Positions 1 to 9,630 are shown, numbered from the stretch's first letter. The stretch: 61,393 nucleotides of DNA from Ktedonobacterales bacterium (GCA_052143275.1 JBKQTH010000310.1:1-61393), one strand, 5' to 3'. Numbers and translations: made by a program. Notes: generated from the sequence alone by a model not told the origin.

Positions 1-240
1 CCGGCGCAGCCGGAAAGGCGAACCAAGTAGGTTTTCAGAATTGGCCAGCATATCGAACGCGATGTAGATGGCCGGCGAATCCCTGGCATCCAACGCAACC
101 GATTTACTAAGCCGTCAAAGGAGAAACCATGTTCTGTCGGTAGAGCCAGTTCGCCATCTAAAACAAACCTCTTCGGACTAAGAGCTCGAAAAGCCGCGAC
201 GATTTCCGGCAAGAAATTTGTCGATCGAGCTTTTGGAGGT
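1..240 (-). pseudogene. ATP-dependent DNA ligase remnant (internal fragment, frameshifted, runs off the window edge)
   Basis: Minus-strand translation gives PEIVAAFRALSPKRFVLDGELALPTEHGFSFDGL. In another frame it continues DSPAIYIAFDMLANSENLLGSPFRLRR. Both match ligase adenylation-domain motifs (vLDGElv; aFDlL..G..L...P...RR). A frameshift near 80-110 is required, and an in-frame TGA removes the KxDG-containing N-terminal part. Confidence 0.45.
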
Positions 241-510
241 CACCACACGAAACGGAATTTTACTTTATTTGGTGTAACCAGCATCCTCCCCTGGCCAACA
301 ACATCGTTTTCAAGCTTTACTCAGTTCTTCTAAGCTAATCAATTTCACCTAAATCCACTCCGCAAGAAGCTTTCGACTCCGACGGTGTCGGATATTGTTC
401 CGAACCCACGGTCGGCCTCCAAGCGCAAGAGTGCCGTCTGCGGCTTAAACGGCCATAGACTGTATTATATAATATCCTTATTTAAAGTAACTTATAAATC
501 GACTAATCGT

Positions 511-903
511 CTAGCGCCCGAAGTAGGTGAGCGCGAGCGCTCTGTGTGCTTGCAGAATATCTGCCACCTGATCCTCTTGCGCTCTGCTAGACGCGTTTAC
601 CATCACGATTGCATGCCCCTGGCCCAAGGCATCCAGAGCTGCCTGACGGGCATCGTTCTCGCTCGCCAGGTAGGTCGACAGCCGCTCCCACGCACGCGTC
701 ACTGGGTTTGCTGCGCGTTCTTTGCTGCGAATGGCCTCGAGCGCCGGAGGACCATCGAAGACCACGACATCTGTGTATCCAGCGTCGTGCAAGCGGGATT
801 CTCTGGGGAGTGCCAGGCGACCCATCCCGGGGTTGGCTGGCCCATTCCCGGCTGCCTCCGTGCAGCAGCAGGGCTGTGCCTCCACCGGTATCGAGGTCAT
901 CAC
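511..903 (-). CDS. hypothetical protein (weak call)
   Basis: 130-aa ORF with more protein-like composition than the overlapping Arg/Pro/Cys-rich alternative frames. No domain recognised. Confidence 0.3.
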   Translation of the reverse strand: MMTSIPVEAQPCCCTEAAGNGPANPGMGRLALPRESRLHDAGYTDVVVFDGPPALEAIRSKERAANPVTRAWERLSTYLASENDARQAALDALGQGHAIVMVNASSRAQEDQVADILQAHRALALTYFGR

Positions 904-1157
904 ACAGCAGAGTCCCAGCTGTTGCTGGTGCGTCCTACAGAGGACTGGCCAGACGAGTAACTGGTCTTCAGCAATGGGGCACCAGACCGTAGGGCCGATG
1001 TCTGCCCACTAGAGCCCTTTTGTGGAAAATTCCAACGGAGTGGTGGAAAAAGGTAGTAGCTATGGCCTGGGTGATCCCCTCTAATGCGGAAGTTGAGCGG
1101 CCAGCTGGCGGCGGACAAGGTGATCGAGTGTCCCCTCCGGTAAGCCGTGCTCACGAT

Positions 1158-1181
1158 TGTGTGCACCAGTGTGTGCATTGT
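1158..1181 (+). promoter_or_regulatory. tandem 12-nt direct repeat TGTGTGCA(c/t).. related to the repeats upstream of the phoU-like gene
   Basis: tgtgtgcaccag / tgtgtgcattgt, followed by a(t)ctgg. About 36 nt is similar to 4656-4696. It lies ~110 nt upstream of the ORF starting at 1292. Confidence 0.25.
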
Positions 1182-1291
1182 ATCTGGCCGCAGCCATCAC
1201 CCTATCCCATACTACGTGTGGCATGTGCAAGCCGCATGTCGCGGGAACGATGCCCATCACACGCAAAGCCAAGCAAATGAGGAGACTTGCA

Positions 1292-1639
1292 ATGAACACT
1301 GACCATCAGAGCACTACATCAGGCAATCAGACCGGTTGGCCACTGCCGGGGACCCTGCGATCGGGTTTCCGCCCCAGCTGGACGCAGTGGGTAGTCCAGC
1401 TGGCGGAGTACACCACGGCAAACCAGGGAGCTGTGGTTCGGGCGGCCGTCCGGCAAGACGCGATGAATACACTGCAAGCCAGCAATCTGGCACCAAGTCG
1501 CCGTACCAGTTCGTGCTGGCCACTGCCGGCTACCTACATGCCTCACTTTCGACTGAGTTGGGCTCAGTGGACCCTCAAGCTGCACGATGATCACACCACC
1601 AAGTCCCAGCAGAGTCTGGTATTGGCCGACGCGGCGTAA
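1292..1639 (+). CDS. hypothetical protein with internal duplication (WPLP..T...FR.SW.QW...L twice)
   Basis: ATG 1292 is preceded by GAGGAG (1279-1284) with a 7-nt spacer. The two halves, GWPLPGTLRSGFRPSWTQWVVQLAEY and CWPLPATYMPHFRLSWAQWTLKLHDD, are clearly related. No known family recognised. Confidence 0.35.
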   Translation: MNTDHQSTTSGNQTGWPLPGTLRSGFRPSWTQWVVQLAEYTTANQGAVVRAAVRQDAMNTLQASNLAPSRRTSSCWPLPATYMPHFRLSWAQWTLKLHDDHTTKSQQSLVLADAA

Positions 1640-1685
1640 TCCCGCGCTCAACTTCCAAGTTTTCATGGACTCGATCGATGGTATC

Positions 1686-4520
1686 TCATTCTTCGATGTG
1701 AAAGTATGCAGTCCGCATGAACTGCTCGACCAGATCGGTCGCGCCGGCACGGCTTACGCTCTCGAACCGTTCTTCGCCAAGCTGGCTGCGCAAGCCGACC
1801 AGGAATTCCTGCCGGCGGGGAAGATCCACCGGGTGTACCGCTATTCCTACCGCTCTACGGATACCACTGGCCGCACCCACCAGCTGTGCGGCGTACTCCA
1901 GCTGCTCCTCGGCGGCGCGAATGGCAGCAAGGCCGTCCAGACACCTAGCGATTCCCTCCGGCGACCCCAGATCGCGAAAGACTCCCATGCTCTCCTGATA
2001 ACATCGCGACGCCGACTCGATGTCACGCTGGCTGAGCCAGAGGTCTCCCAGACTTGCCATTGCTCCAGCCACTCCGCGCCGGCTACCGATACCGCGGGCA
2101 ATTTCCAGGCCCTCGTTCAGATACCGGCGCGCGAGGTCGAAGTCCGCCGAGGCTCTGGAGATATTACCCAGTCCGATCAGGCACATGACGGTATTTTGCG
2201 GATCGCCAACCCGGCGGAAACACCGCAGACTCTCCTCCAGGAATGTCGCCGCTTGGCGCGACTTTTCTCCCTGCCAAAACGCCAGATTGCCCAGACTCTG
2301 CAGCGCACAAGCCGATCCCCAGGAGTCATCGAGCTCCCGAGATAGCTCCAGCGCTTCCCGGCAGAGCGAGACACCCCTCTGATAGTCGCCCTCCAGTCCC
2401 AGGATCGTGCCGAGTCCATTCTTGGCGTTGGCGATATTGCGCCGATCGCCTATTTCACTGTATAGCGCCAAGCTCTCGGCCACCAGTCCGGTGGCACGGC
2501 CGTACTTGCCCTGTTCCTGGAAGACGCCGGCCATGTTGCCCAACAGGCAGGCAATGCCCCAGGAGTCGCCGAGCGACCGGTACAAGCCCAGACTCTCGTC
2601 GTAGAACGCGAGCGCCTTGGAATAATCCCCCTGGTCATAGAACACATTGCCGTGGTCGTTCAAGGTCGCGGCCAGCAACCACTGGTCTTGCAGACCACGC
2701 GCAATCTCAGTAGCCTGTTGCAGCAGCGCGGCAGCGCGCTGATAATCGCCCTGCTGGTAGGCGAGGATGCCTGCTCCGGCCAGCACCTTCGCCCGGGCGG
2801 CGCCGCTCTCCTTTTCCGCCACGGTAGTACCGGCCACCAGTTTCGGCTCGTTTGATTCCGGGCTATTAGGAGAGCCGGCCTCGGCAAGCAACTGCTCCAG
2901 CCAGTGCCGCCCGTCGGTGAAGTGCGCATGCAGATACCAGAAGCGCCACAATGCCGCACCTAAGCGTAGCCCCGCCTCGGCCTCGTGCTCTGCCAGGGCC
3001 CACTGGAGCGCGGCCCGCAAATTGGCATGCTCCTGCTCCATACGGGCCAGCCAGGCGGGCTGGTCAGGACCTCGTAACGCCGGCTCCGCGCTCTCAGCCC
3101 ACTGGAGAAAATGCCGGAAGTGGCGCCGACGAGCCGACTCCAACTCCCCTCGTTCGCCAAGTTGCTCCCGCGCATAATCGCGGACCGTGTCGAGCATGCT
3201 AAAACGCGGCTCCTCATCCGGCTGAGCAAAGCCTCCCACGACCAGATTTTTCTGCACCAGGCTCCGTAGTGCCTGGAGCAACCGCTCGCTGGTCCAGTGG
3301 CGATCCCCAGGGATGCTTACCGCTTCTACGGCTTCGAGTGAACCTCCCTCGACGAACACAGCCAGTCTGCGGAACAAGGCCCTCTCGTCATTGCCCAGCA
3401 AATCGTAACTCCACTGGATGGTGAGCCGGAGCGTTTGCTGGCGCTCGGGTAGATCATAGCCGTCACTCACCAGCACGACCAGCGGCCGATCCAGCCGGCG
3501 AAGCAACGCCTTCGGCGACAAGACGGAGATCCATGGCGCCGCGAGCTCGAGGGCCAGGGGCACACCATCCAGACGCCGGCAAATGGCGGCAATCGCTGAA
3601 GCGTTGTCTGCACTAAGGCGAAAACCAGGGCGGGCTGTCTGCGCTCGGTGCAGAAACAGCTCAACCGCGGGTACCGCGGCGAGGTCGGCCAGCTCGGCGT
3701 CCTGCGCCAGGAGCTCGCCCTGCGGCACAGCCAACAATGGAACTGGCAAGACATGCTCGCTCCGAAGGAGTAGTGGCGCGCGGCTGGTGACCAACAATTT
3801 CAGCCCGGTACAGGCAGCCAGCAAGGAGCTAAGCAACGGGGCGGCATCCAGCAACTGCTCGAAATTATCCAGCAGCAGCAGGATGCGCTTCTTGGCAAGA
3901 AACGCAGTCAATGTCGTGGAGATTGGTTCGTTGGCCTTCTCGCGCAGTCCGAGCGCCGCCGAGATGGCGTCAGCAACGAGATGGGAGTCGGTGAGCGCCG
4001 CCAGCGACATGAAGAAGTCGCCATCGGGAAAGCGAGAGCGCAACGTCCGTGCGACCTCAAGCGCAAGTCGGGTCTTACCGACACCGCCGAGCCCTGTGAG
4101 AGTCAGTAAGCGTACGCCGTCCTGGCACAGAAGCTCCACCGCTTGCGCAAGTTCCTGCTCGCGTCCCACCAAGGGTGTCGGCGGCAATGGGAGGTTGGTT
4201 GGCGGCAGAGGAAGGTCGGTGGGAGGCAGCTCCTGCTGAGCTGTTGCGTTCGTAGTCGGAAAGGGAGAACCTGCAATCAGCCTCTCGCGCCGTGCCGCCG
4301 CGAGTAAGCCGGACTGTTCCTCGCTGGAGAGGCCAAGGGCAGCTGCCAGCAACCGCACGGTGTCCTTCCGCGGTGACCGGCGTGAGCCTCGCTCCAGCGC
4401 ACTAATGGCGTTGCGAGACAGATGCGCGCGCTCAGCTAGTTCCTCTTGGGTCAGGCCGGCCGCCTTTCGGAGCTGCACCAGGGCGTCGCCAAACGCGTCG
4501 CCGTACCGGTCGGTCCCCAT
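1686..4520 (-). CDS. XRE-HTH / NB-ARC (STAND) P-loop NTPase / TPR-repeat regulator
   Basis: N-terminal XRE HTH (LRKAAGLTQEELAERAHLSRNAISALERG) and a Pro-rich linker (LPLPPT repeats). Walker A is GLGGVGKTRLA and Walker B is LLLLDNFEQ. The C-terminal half has many TPR-like repeats (YQQGDY, YDQGDY, LEGDY...). Confidence 0.9.
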   Translation of the reverse strand: MGTDRYGDAFGDALVQLRKAAGLTQEELAERAHLSRNAISALERGSRRSPRKDTVRLLAAALGLSSEEQSGLLAAARRERLIAGSPFPTTNATAQQELPPTDLPLPPTNLPLPPTPLVGREQELAQAVELLCQDGVRLLTLTGLGGVGKTRLALEVARTLRSRFPDGDFFMSLAALTDSHLVADAISAALGLREKANEPISTTLTAFLAKKRILLLLDNFEQLLDAAPLLSSLLAACTGLKLLVTSRAPLLLRSEHVLPVPLLAVPQGELLAQDAELADLAAVPAVELFLHRAQTARPGFRLSADNASAIAAICRRLDGVPLALELAAPWISVLSPKALLRRLDRPLVVLVSDGYDLPERQQTLRLTIQWSYDLLGNDERALFRRLAVFVEGGSLEAVEAVSIPGDRHWTSERLLQALRSLVQKNLVVGGFAQPDEEPRFSMLDTVRDYAREQLGERGELESARRRHFRHFLQWAESAEPALRGPDQPAWLARMEQEHANLRAALQWALAEHEAEAGLRLGAALWRFWYLHAHFTDGRHWLEQLLAEAGSPNSPESNEPKLVAGTTVAEKESGAARAKVLAGAGILAYQQGDYQRAAALLQQATEIARGLQDQWLLAATLNDHGNVFYDQGDYSKALAFYDESLGLYRSLGDSWGIACLLGNMAGVFQEQGKYGRATGLVAESLALYSEIGDRRNIANAKNGLGTILGLEGDYQRGVSLCREALELSRELDDSWGSACALQSLGNLAFWQGEKSRQAATFLEESLRCFRRVGDPQNTVMCLIGLGNISRASADFDLARRYLNEGLEIARGIGSRRGVAGAMASLGDLWLSQRDIESASRCYQESMGVFRDLGSPEGIARCLDGLAAIRAAEEQLEYAAQLVGAASGIRRAVGIAVHPVDLPRRQEFLVGLRSQLGEERFESVSRAGATDLVEQFMRTAYFHIEE

Positions 4521-4643
4521 GACTTGCCTCCAGGCGCCTTGCGCTTGGTCAGTCTCAGGTTAGCGTGTAGAACGACCGCGTGACGGTTGGTCACGCTGCT
4601 CTTGATTATAGCATGGCCTGAGGCAGCCGTCGCGGCTCTCGGA

Positions 4644-4691
4644 TGGGTTCGAATCGTGTTCGCGAATGTGTTCGCCGCTGTGTGCATTGTA
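4644..4691 (+). promoter_or_regulatory. four direct repeats with 11-12 nt periodicity (GTTCG core), PHO-box-like, upstream of the phoU-like gene
   Basis: gggttcgaatc / gtgttcgcgaat / gtgttcgccgct / gtgtgcattgta. GTTCG cores sit at 4647, 4658 and 4670, and GTGCA at 4682. The site is ~150 nt upstream of ATG 4840. Confidence 0.3.
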
Positions 4692-4839
4692 ACTGGGCGG
4701 CGCGCGCAGTCGCTGGCATAGTTAGACCAGCGCTTCGCACACGGGCCACCGGCCCGATACCAGTTGCGGTAACGGTGCGAAGTCGCCGTCGAAGGATAGG
4801 CGTGGCACGCCTACTCGCAAGAGAATACAGGAGTAAGAC

Positions 4840-5721
4840 ATGAATCGAACCGTCTTAGATCGACAGCTCGCCGAGTTGAAAGTAGCCGTAACCGGACTGG
4901 GTCGCCAGGTTGAGAGCGCCCTCGATCAAAGTGTGGAGACACTCGAGGTCGGGGTCCGTGCCACCGCGTTGGCAATATGCGGATCCGACCAACTGCGCCG
5001 AGAGCGACAGCGCATAGACAGACTGGCTGCACTACTGATTACGCTCCATCAGCCGGCGCTCCGCGACCTGCGCGCCACACTCGGCGCGATCTCCGCCGCG
5101 GGCGAGCTGGAGCAGATCGGCAATCTCGCCTGGAAAGTAACCGCTCGGGCGGCCGATGATATGGAGCCGGAGTCGAGGTCGGAGCCGTTGCCCCGAGCGC
5201 TGCTTGCTCTGGCCCGCGTGGCGTACCGCCAGGTGCAGGCAGCGCTGGCCGCCTATGAGACGTCCAGCGTGCCCGCGGCGGTAACCGTCTGGAAAGGGGA
5301 TGTCGACGTGGATTACCTCTATGCGACCTTTGTTTCCAGCTGCAAGAGCGCTCTACGCGCACAGCCGGGCGATATAGCCGCCAGTACCACCATGCTGGAC
5401 ATTGCCCATGACCTGGAGCGGATAGCCGACCATGCGGCCAGTATCGGCGAACGCATCGTGTATATCGCGACCGGCGACCCGGACGTCGCCGAGACCGCCG
5501 AAGACCATAGCCCGCAGGCAGAGCGGAATGAACCGAAAGCGCAGGCTCCGGCACCGCTTACTCCAGTGCCAGCCCCGACTATGGATATTTCTGCGCTTGG
5601 GCCGGTGCTGGCCATAATCCGGCTCAGGAGTATCTTCTTCGATGCCTTTCATTCGATACGAGTCCTCATCACAGGTTCGGATACGTCTCGCGGGATGTCG
5701 GCTGTTGTCCGTAAAGGGTAA
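4840..5721 (+). CDS. phoU: PhoU-family phosphate-signalling regulator with low-complexity C-terminal tail
   Basis: Two PhoU repeats with family motifs (AGELEQIGNLAWKV; IAHDLERIADHAASIGERIVY). RBS-like acaggag lies before the ATG. The last ~75 aa lie outside the PhoU fold. Confidence 0.8.
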   Translation: MNRTVLDRQLAELKVAVTGLGRQVESALDQSVETLEVGVRATALAICGSDQLRRERQRIDRLAALLITLHQPALRDLRATLGAISAAGELEQIGNLAWKVTARAADDMEPESRSEPLPRALLALARVAYRQVQAALAAYETSSVPAAVTVWKGDVDVDYLYATFVSSCKSALRAQPGDIAASTTMLDIAHDLERIADHAASIGERIVYIATGDPDVAETAEDHSPQAERNEPKAQAPAPLTPVPAPTMDISALGPVLAIIRLRSIFFDAFHSIRVLITGSDTSRGMSAVVRKG

Positions 5722-5970
5722 GAATTTGCAGAATCGCAGAGTAAGGAGCCAACCTTCCTATGAATAGCCTGGAAAAAGAGTGGCGGCCGGCAGACTATCT
5801 GCCATTGCCGCCGAGCGTGAGCTGGGTTCAGCGAAGCGTGTCGTCAACTGCACGAGCTCTGCCACAAGGCGTCTGGCAACTGCGTGAGCCGGACGGCGAA
5901 ACGAGAGCACGTATGACACTGCTTGCTCGTCTCTTGGGACGGCGCCATGAGAATCGGAGGAGCCAGATCC

Positions 5971-6534
5971 ATGACACGGCTGCCGTATCCTGATCCCGAC
6001 CACGTGTACGGCGCCATGCGGCGGCTGCCTGAGCGCCTCCAAACGACGAGCTTCGGACGTATGCTCTCGTATGCCCCCTCCGCGGTGGAGTCGTACTACC
6101 GCTACTCGGCGGTCTTGCTGGACCAGCTTGAGCTGGCGCCACGAGTGCGGCAGCTTGCTATCCTTCGAGTGGCGTATCTTACCGAGGCATGGTATGTCTG
6201 GTCACAGCAGGTCGCTCTGGCTCGAATGTTCGGCGTCAGGGATGAAGAGATCTTAGCCGTGCAGGCACGCGACATTCCCGAAGACATATTAACCGGTGCC
6301 GAGCTGCTGGCGCTTGCTTTTACAACTGAGGTCCTACGTACGACCCATGTCTCGGACACGCTCTTCGAGGTCATGCGCACACGATTCTCGGAGAGAGAGA
6401 TTGTTGAGCTGCTCCTCGTCATCGGCTGGTATTGGGCGGCCGGACGTCTCACTACCACCCTCGAGCTTGAGCCGGAGCCGGCGCTCGGAGTGCGAACGCA
6501 AGAGCTTCTCAATGCCGCCAGATCGTCCCACTAA
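5971..6534 (+). CDS. carboxymuconolactone decarboxylase (CMD/AhpD-like) family protein, no CxxC motif
   Basis: CMD-family sequence (LAILRVAYLTEAWYVWSQQV..., FSEREIVELLLVIGWYW). ATG 5971 follows GGAGG at 5956-5960. The longer ORF start at 5923 is unsupported. Confidence 0.75.
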   Translation: MTRLPYPDPDHVYGAMRRLPERLQTTSFGRMLSYAPSAVESYYRYSAVLLDQLELAPRVRQLAILRVAYLTEAWYVWSQQVALARMFGVRDEEILAVQARDIPEDILTGAELLALAFTTEVLRTTHVSDTLFEVMRTRFSEREIVELLLVIGWYWAAGRLTTTLELEPEPALGVRTQELLNAARSSH

Positions 6535-6599
6535 GGCCATTCCCGGCATCCCAAAAACAAAACCAAGTCACACAAGGAGTCTCAAAGGAGCACAGTACT

Positions 6600-6956
6600 A
6601 TGGCTATATCATCCACAGACGTCGTTACTGAGCGTCTGCTCCAGGCAACTACCACGCCGATGTGCACCAGGATTGAGCCTGGTGAATTACTTCGCCTACA
6701 TCTGCATGCGCAGACCATCCACGTGGTCTCCGGGTGTGCCTGGATTACCTGGGAAGGTGAAGACGTTCTCCTGATGACTGGTCAGGAGAAGGAGTTTGGA
6801 TCGAGTAAGTATCCCGCGCTCATTTCCGCTGAGCAGCATAGCCCGCTGCAGATTGAGATAGTGCCGAGTGTTCCAGGACGCCCTTGTGCGGATGTAGAGA
6901 GGGCGGTGCGTACCTCATTCGACCTGCCTCTCCCAGCTATGAGCGAGCCCGCGTAG
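6600..6956 (+). CDS. small cupin-like protein, DUF2917-like
   Basis: The pattern IEPGELLRLHLHAQTIHVVSGCAWITWEGEDVLLMTGQE resembles the DUF2917 signature (G.vWvT..G.D..L..G). RBS-like caaaggag lies upstream. Confidence 0.5.
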   Translation: MAISSTDVVTERLLQATTTPMCTRIEPGELLRLHLHAQTIHVVSGCAWITWEGEDVLLMTGQEKEFGSSKYPALISAEQHSPLQIEIVPSVPGRPCADVERAVRTSFDLPLPAMSEPA

Positions 6957-7438
6957 GGGAGCAGATCAGGTCGGGACGCCAGCCGTGCGTATCGAGGCGG
7001 CTTCGCACCGCGGTGCCGGCACGTTCCCCTGCTGTCAGACGCCGCCGGCGCAAGTCCACGGCAGCGTTGCAAGCCCGCATGGGACAGATCGGGCAGGCGC
7101 GATCTCTCCTCGGCGCCAGCCGGGCACGGCCAGTTCGTCTGATTCTGCGTAAACACGGTTTTCTGGCTCTGGTAGTGCCGGGAACTGAGGCGGTGGTAAG
7201 CGCTCGTCTTGGTGAACATCCCTACGTGCGGGATGTTGCCTACCTCGAGTACAATGCCTGTGGCGAGTCCATCATGCCCCGCTGAACTGCAGAGCTACTC
7301 ACCGTGGTCCTGGTTTTCGGCCTGGCGGCAGTCCGGCTCCAATAGGGTATCGCCCTCGCTGCCCTATGGGGTTTGGAGAAGGCAGGACGAGATCTTCAGG
7401 CGACCAGTGAGGGTTACGTCTGATGAAAGGCGGACTTG

Positions 7439-8761
7439 ATGCAGCCGGTACTCATTCCACCTTCAGCCGGCGCTGCGGCGCTTCAGACGCACCAACCGCA
7501 CAGGCATCCTCTACTGCGGATCTTGTGGGTGGCGCTAAGCCTTTTCACGCTGGGAATCTTCATTGCCAGTATACCGGACTACTATTTCTACTTGCGCTCT
7601 AAATGCGGGGCTCCATCAGCATGTGCGACCGGGCAGTTAAGTGCCTTTCAGGCTCATGAGCTGGGCAGGCTGGGTATTTCGCTTACTGGATACGCGACGG
7701 CTTTCGTGGCGCTGGCGGTTGTCTCTGGGGCGTTCTGGTGCGCAGTCGCCGCCGTACTCTTCTTTCGCGGACCCAATAACCTGATGACCCTGTTTGCCGC
7801 GTTTACGCTGGTAATCTTTGGGCTGGCTCGATTTCCTGACGCTCCTACCGCGCTCGCCACTGCCGATCCTGCCTGGTGGTTGCCGGTGGCTGTCATGCGT
7901 TTTCTTGGGTCGGCATGCTTGAGTTATTTCTGCTACCTATTTCCTGACGGTAAGTTCATTCCTAAGTGGACCGCTCTGGCAGGGTTTCTGTGGCTCATCC
8001 CCCAGGTGCCCGAATTCTTCCAGCCGGCTTCGCCGCTGAATCCAAACTTGTATCCTCCCTGGCTCCAGGCACTGGGTTTCCTGGGTTTCGTGGCTTCGGT
8101 GGTGGTCGCTCAGACCTACCGTTACTGGTACGTTTCCAGTCCGCAGGAGCGGCAGCAGACCAAGTGGGTCATCTGGGGCGTTGGCGTCGCGCTTACCGGC
8201 TTTCTCGCGCTCACATTCGTATTGCCGGTATTTCTGCCCAGTAATATCGAGTCCGCCGTTAGCGGTCCATACGTTGAGGGTGCCGCTTATGGAGTGATGC
8301 TGTTGGTACCTCTGTCTCTTGGGGTAGCCATTGTCCGGCACCGGCTCTATGATATCGATCTGCTCATTAACCGCACTCTCGTCTACGGCTCGCTCTCCGG
8401 CGCACTCGCTCTTATTTACTTTGCTGGAATAGTCCTTCTGCAGTCGGTAGTCCAAGCGATCGACCATACCGCGCGGGAGTCTCCCCTAGTCATTGTCGCC
8501 TCTACCCTGCTGATTGCTGCCCTCTTTCAGCCACTCCGCCAGCAAATTCAAACCGTCATCGATCGTCGTTTCTATCGAAGAAAGTACGATGCCGCCAAGG
8601 TATTGGAGGACTTTGCCGCCGGCCTGCAAAACGAGGTAGACCTGGCAGCCGTCACCTACCAGCTGACTCAGGTGGTAGAAGAGACCATGCATCCGGTCCA
8701 GGTCTCGCTCTGGCTACGCCAGCCGATGCAGCCGGAGCAACCACCACCGCCAGCGGAGTGA
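7439..8761 (+). CDS. polytopic integral membrane protein (about 10 TM segments) with soluble C-terminal tail
   Basis: Hydrophobic segments run through most of the ORF. The C-terminal part (RRFYRRKYDAAKVLEDFAAGL) resembles the linkers of membrane sensor proteins. ATG 7439 follows gaaaggcgga. Confidence 0.7.
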   Translation: MQPVLIPPSAGAAALQTHQPHRHPLLRILWVALSLFTLGIFIASIPDYYFYLRSKCGAPSACATGQLSAFQAHELGRLGISLTGYATAFVALAVVSGAFWCAVAAVLFFRGPNNLMTLFAAFTLVIFGLARFPDAPTALATADPAWWLPVAVMRFLGSACLSYFCYLFPDGKFIPKWTALAGFLWLIPQVPEFFQPASPLNPNLYPPWLQALGFLGFVASVVVAQTYRYWYVSSPQERQQTKWVIWGVGVALTGFLALTFVLPVFLPSNIESAVSGPYVEGAAYGVMLLVPLSLGVAIVRHRLYDIDLLINRTLVYGSLSGALALIYFAGIVLLQSVVQAIDHTARESPLVIVASTLLIAALFQPLRQQIQTVIDRRFYRRKYDAAKVLEDFAAGLQNEVDLAAVTYQLTQVVEETMHPVQVSLWLRQPMQPEQPPPPAE

Positions 8762-8892
8762 TTGCGTTTGGTCGTACGGGTCACACTTATCCGGCAAATT
8801 ATGCCTGATGCGTCACGCCCGGATATCCTAACTCTCGCCACTGCTGATCCTGTTGCGCAACCTGTGGGAGAGCCAGCTATGTTAGACCCTCG

Positions 8893-9132
8893 TTAGGCCT
8901 TCTTCAGGTAGAAGGTCATGACGCTGTTGGTCTCGACCATCTCCAGCAACTGGTTGCCGGTTTTCTCGGCCCAGGCAGCTACATCTTTCTTGGCTCCGGG
9001 ATCGGTCGCGAGTAAAGCCATGACCTGGCCTGGTGCGAGGTCCTTAAAAGCTTTGGCAAGCGTCACAATGGGCATTGGGCACACCTGGCCCTTGGCATCA
9101 ACTACTTTGTCAACCGGAATTGTCGTAGCCAT
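8893..9132 (-). CDS. TusA/SirA-family sulfur carrier protein
   Basis: 79 aa with the conserved CPxP active-site context (KGQVCPMPIV). Confidence 0.85.
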   Translation of the reverse strand: MATTIPVDKVVDAKGQVCPMPIVTLAKAFKDLAPGQVMALLATDPGAKKDVAAWAEKTGNQLLEMVETNSVMTFYLKKA

Positions 9133-9207
9133 AGTAACTGGTTCTTTCTGAACTTTAGTCTTGTTGGCTGGTTCTATCTGCGGGGTAAGGCAACACTACC
9201 AGCTTTC

Positions 9208-9630
9208 TTAGATGAACAGGGTAACGTGCGCCTCATTGGCAATGTTGATAAAGGTCGCTGCGCCACCAACCTCCACGCCGTCGATCAGTTCTTCTGCCTT
9301 GATTCTCATCACGTCGAGGGTCATCTGGCAAGCAATGAACTTGACTCCGAGGTCGAGACACTCCTGCAGCAGATCTTCGATAGGAGCGACCTGGTGCTTG
9401 GCAAAGAACTGGGTTTTCACTATCCAGGACGCTATAGAGGTCATACCGGGCAGCATGCCGATGATAGTGGGCATTGGCACCGGCATGGCGGGATTGGCAA
9501 TCGGCGCGACTTTGAGGTGCCTGGCTCCCCCCTTCTTGAGCATATTCAGGCCGTAGAAGGTGCAGAACACGGTAACGTCCTCCCCCATAGCTGCCGCCGC
9601 CGAGGCCAGGATCAGCGGCGGATAGGCCAT
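9208..9630 (-). CDS. DsrE/DsrF-like family protein (N-terminus anomalous)
   Basis: LDMAYPPLILASAAAAMGEDVTVFCTFYGLNML and FIACQMTLDVM are typical of the TusA-associated DsrE-like family. The conserved first strand SKVAIIISKGTLD is encoded in frame upstream (9631-9669) but has no start codon; see finding. Confidence 0.75.
   Translation of the reverse strand: MAYPPLILASAAAAMGEDVTVFCTFYGLNMLKKGGARHLKVAPIANPAMPVPMPTIIGMLPGMTSIASWIVKTQFFAKHQVAPIEDLLQECLDLGVKFIACQMTLDVMRIKAEELIDGVEVGGAATFINIANEAHVTLFI

Noticed and set aside
385-1280. Stack of overlapping ORFs on both strands (385..960, 609..992, 722..1012, 900..1178, 1020..1280).
   Set aside because: They mutually overlap and have Arg/Pro/Cys/Ser-rich composition typical of random frames in GC-rich DNA. 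None has a recognisable motif or RBS. Only 511..903 was kept, as a weak call.
3583-4239. 218-aa plus-strand ORF, and several others between 1717 and 4563, inside the STAND regulator gene.
   Set aside because: They are antisense to a 944-aa gene with clear domains. They are Ser/Ala/Arg-rich low-complexity sequence, a typical shadow ORF.
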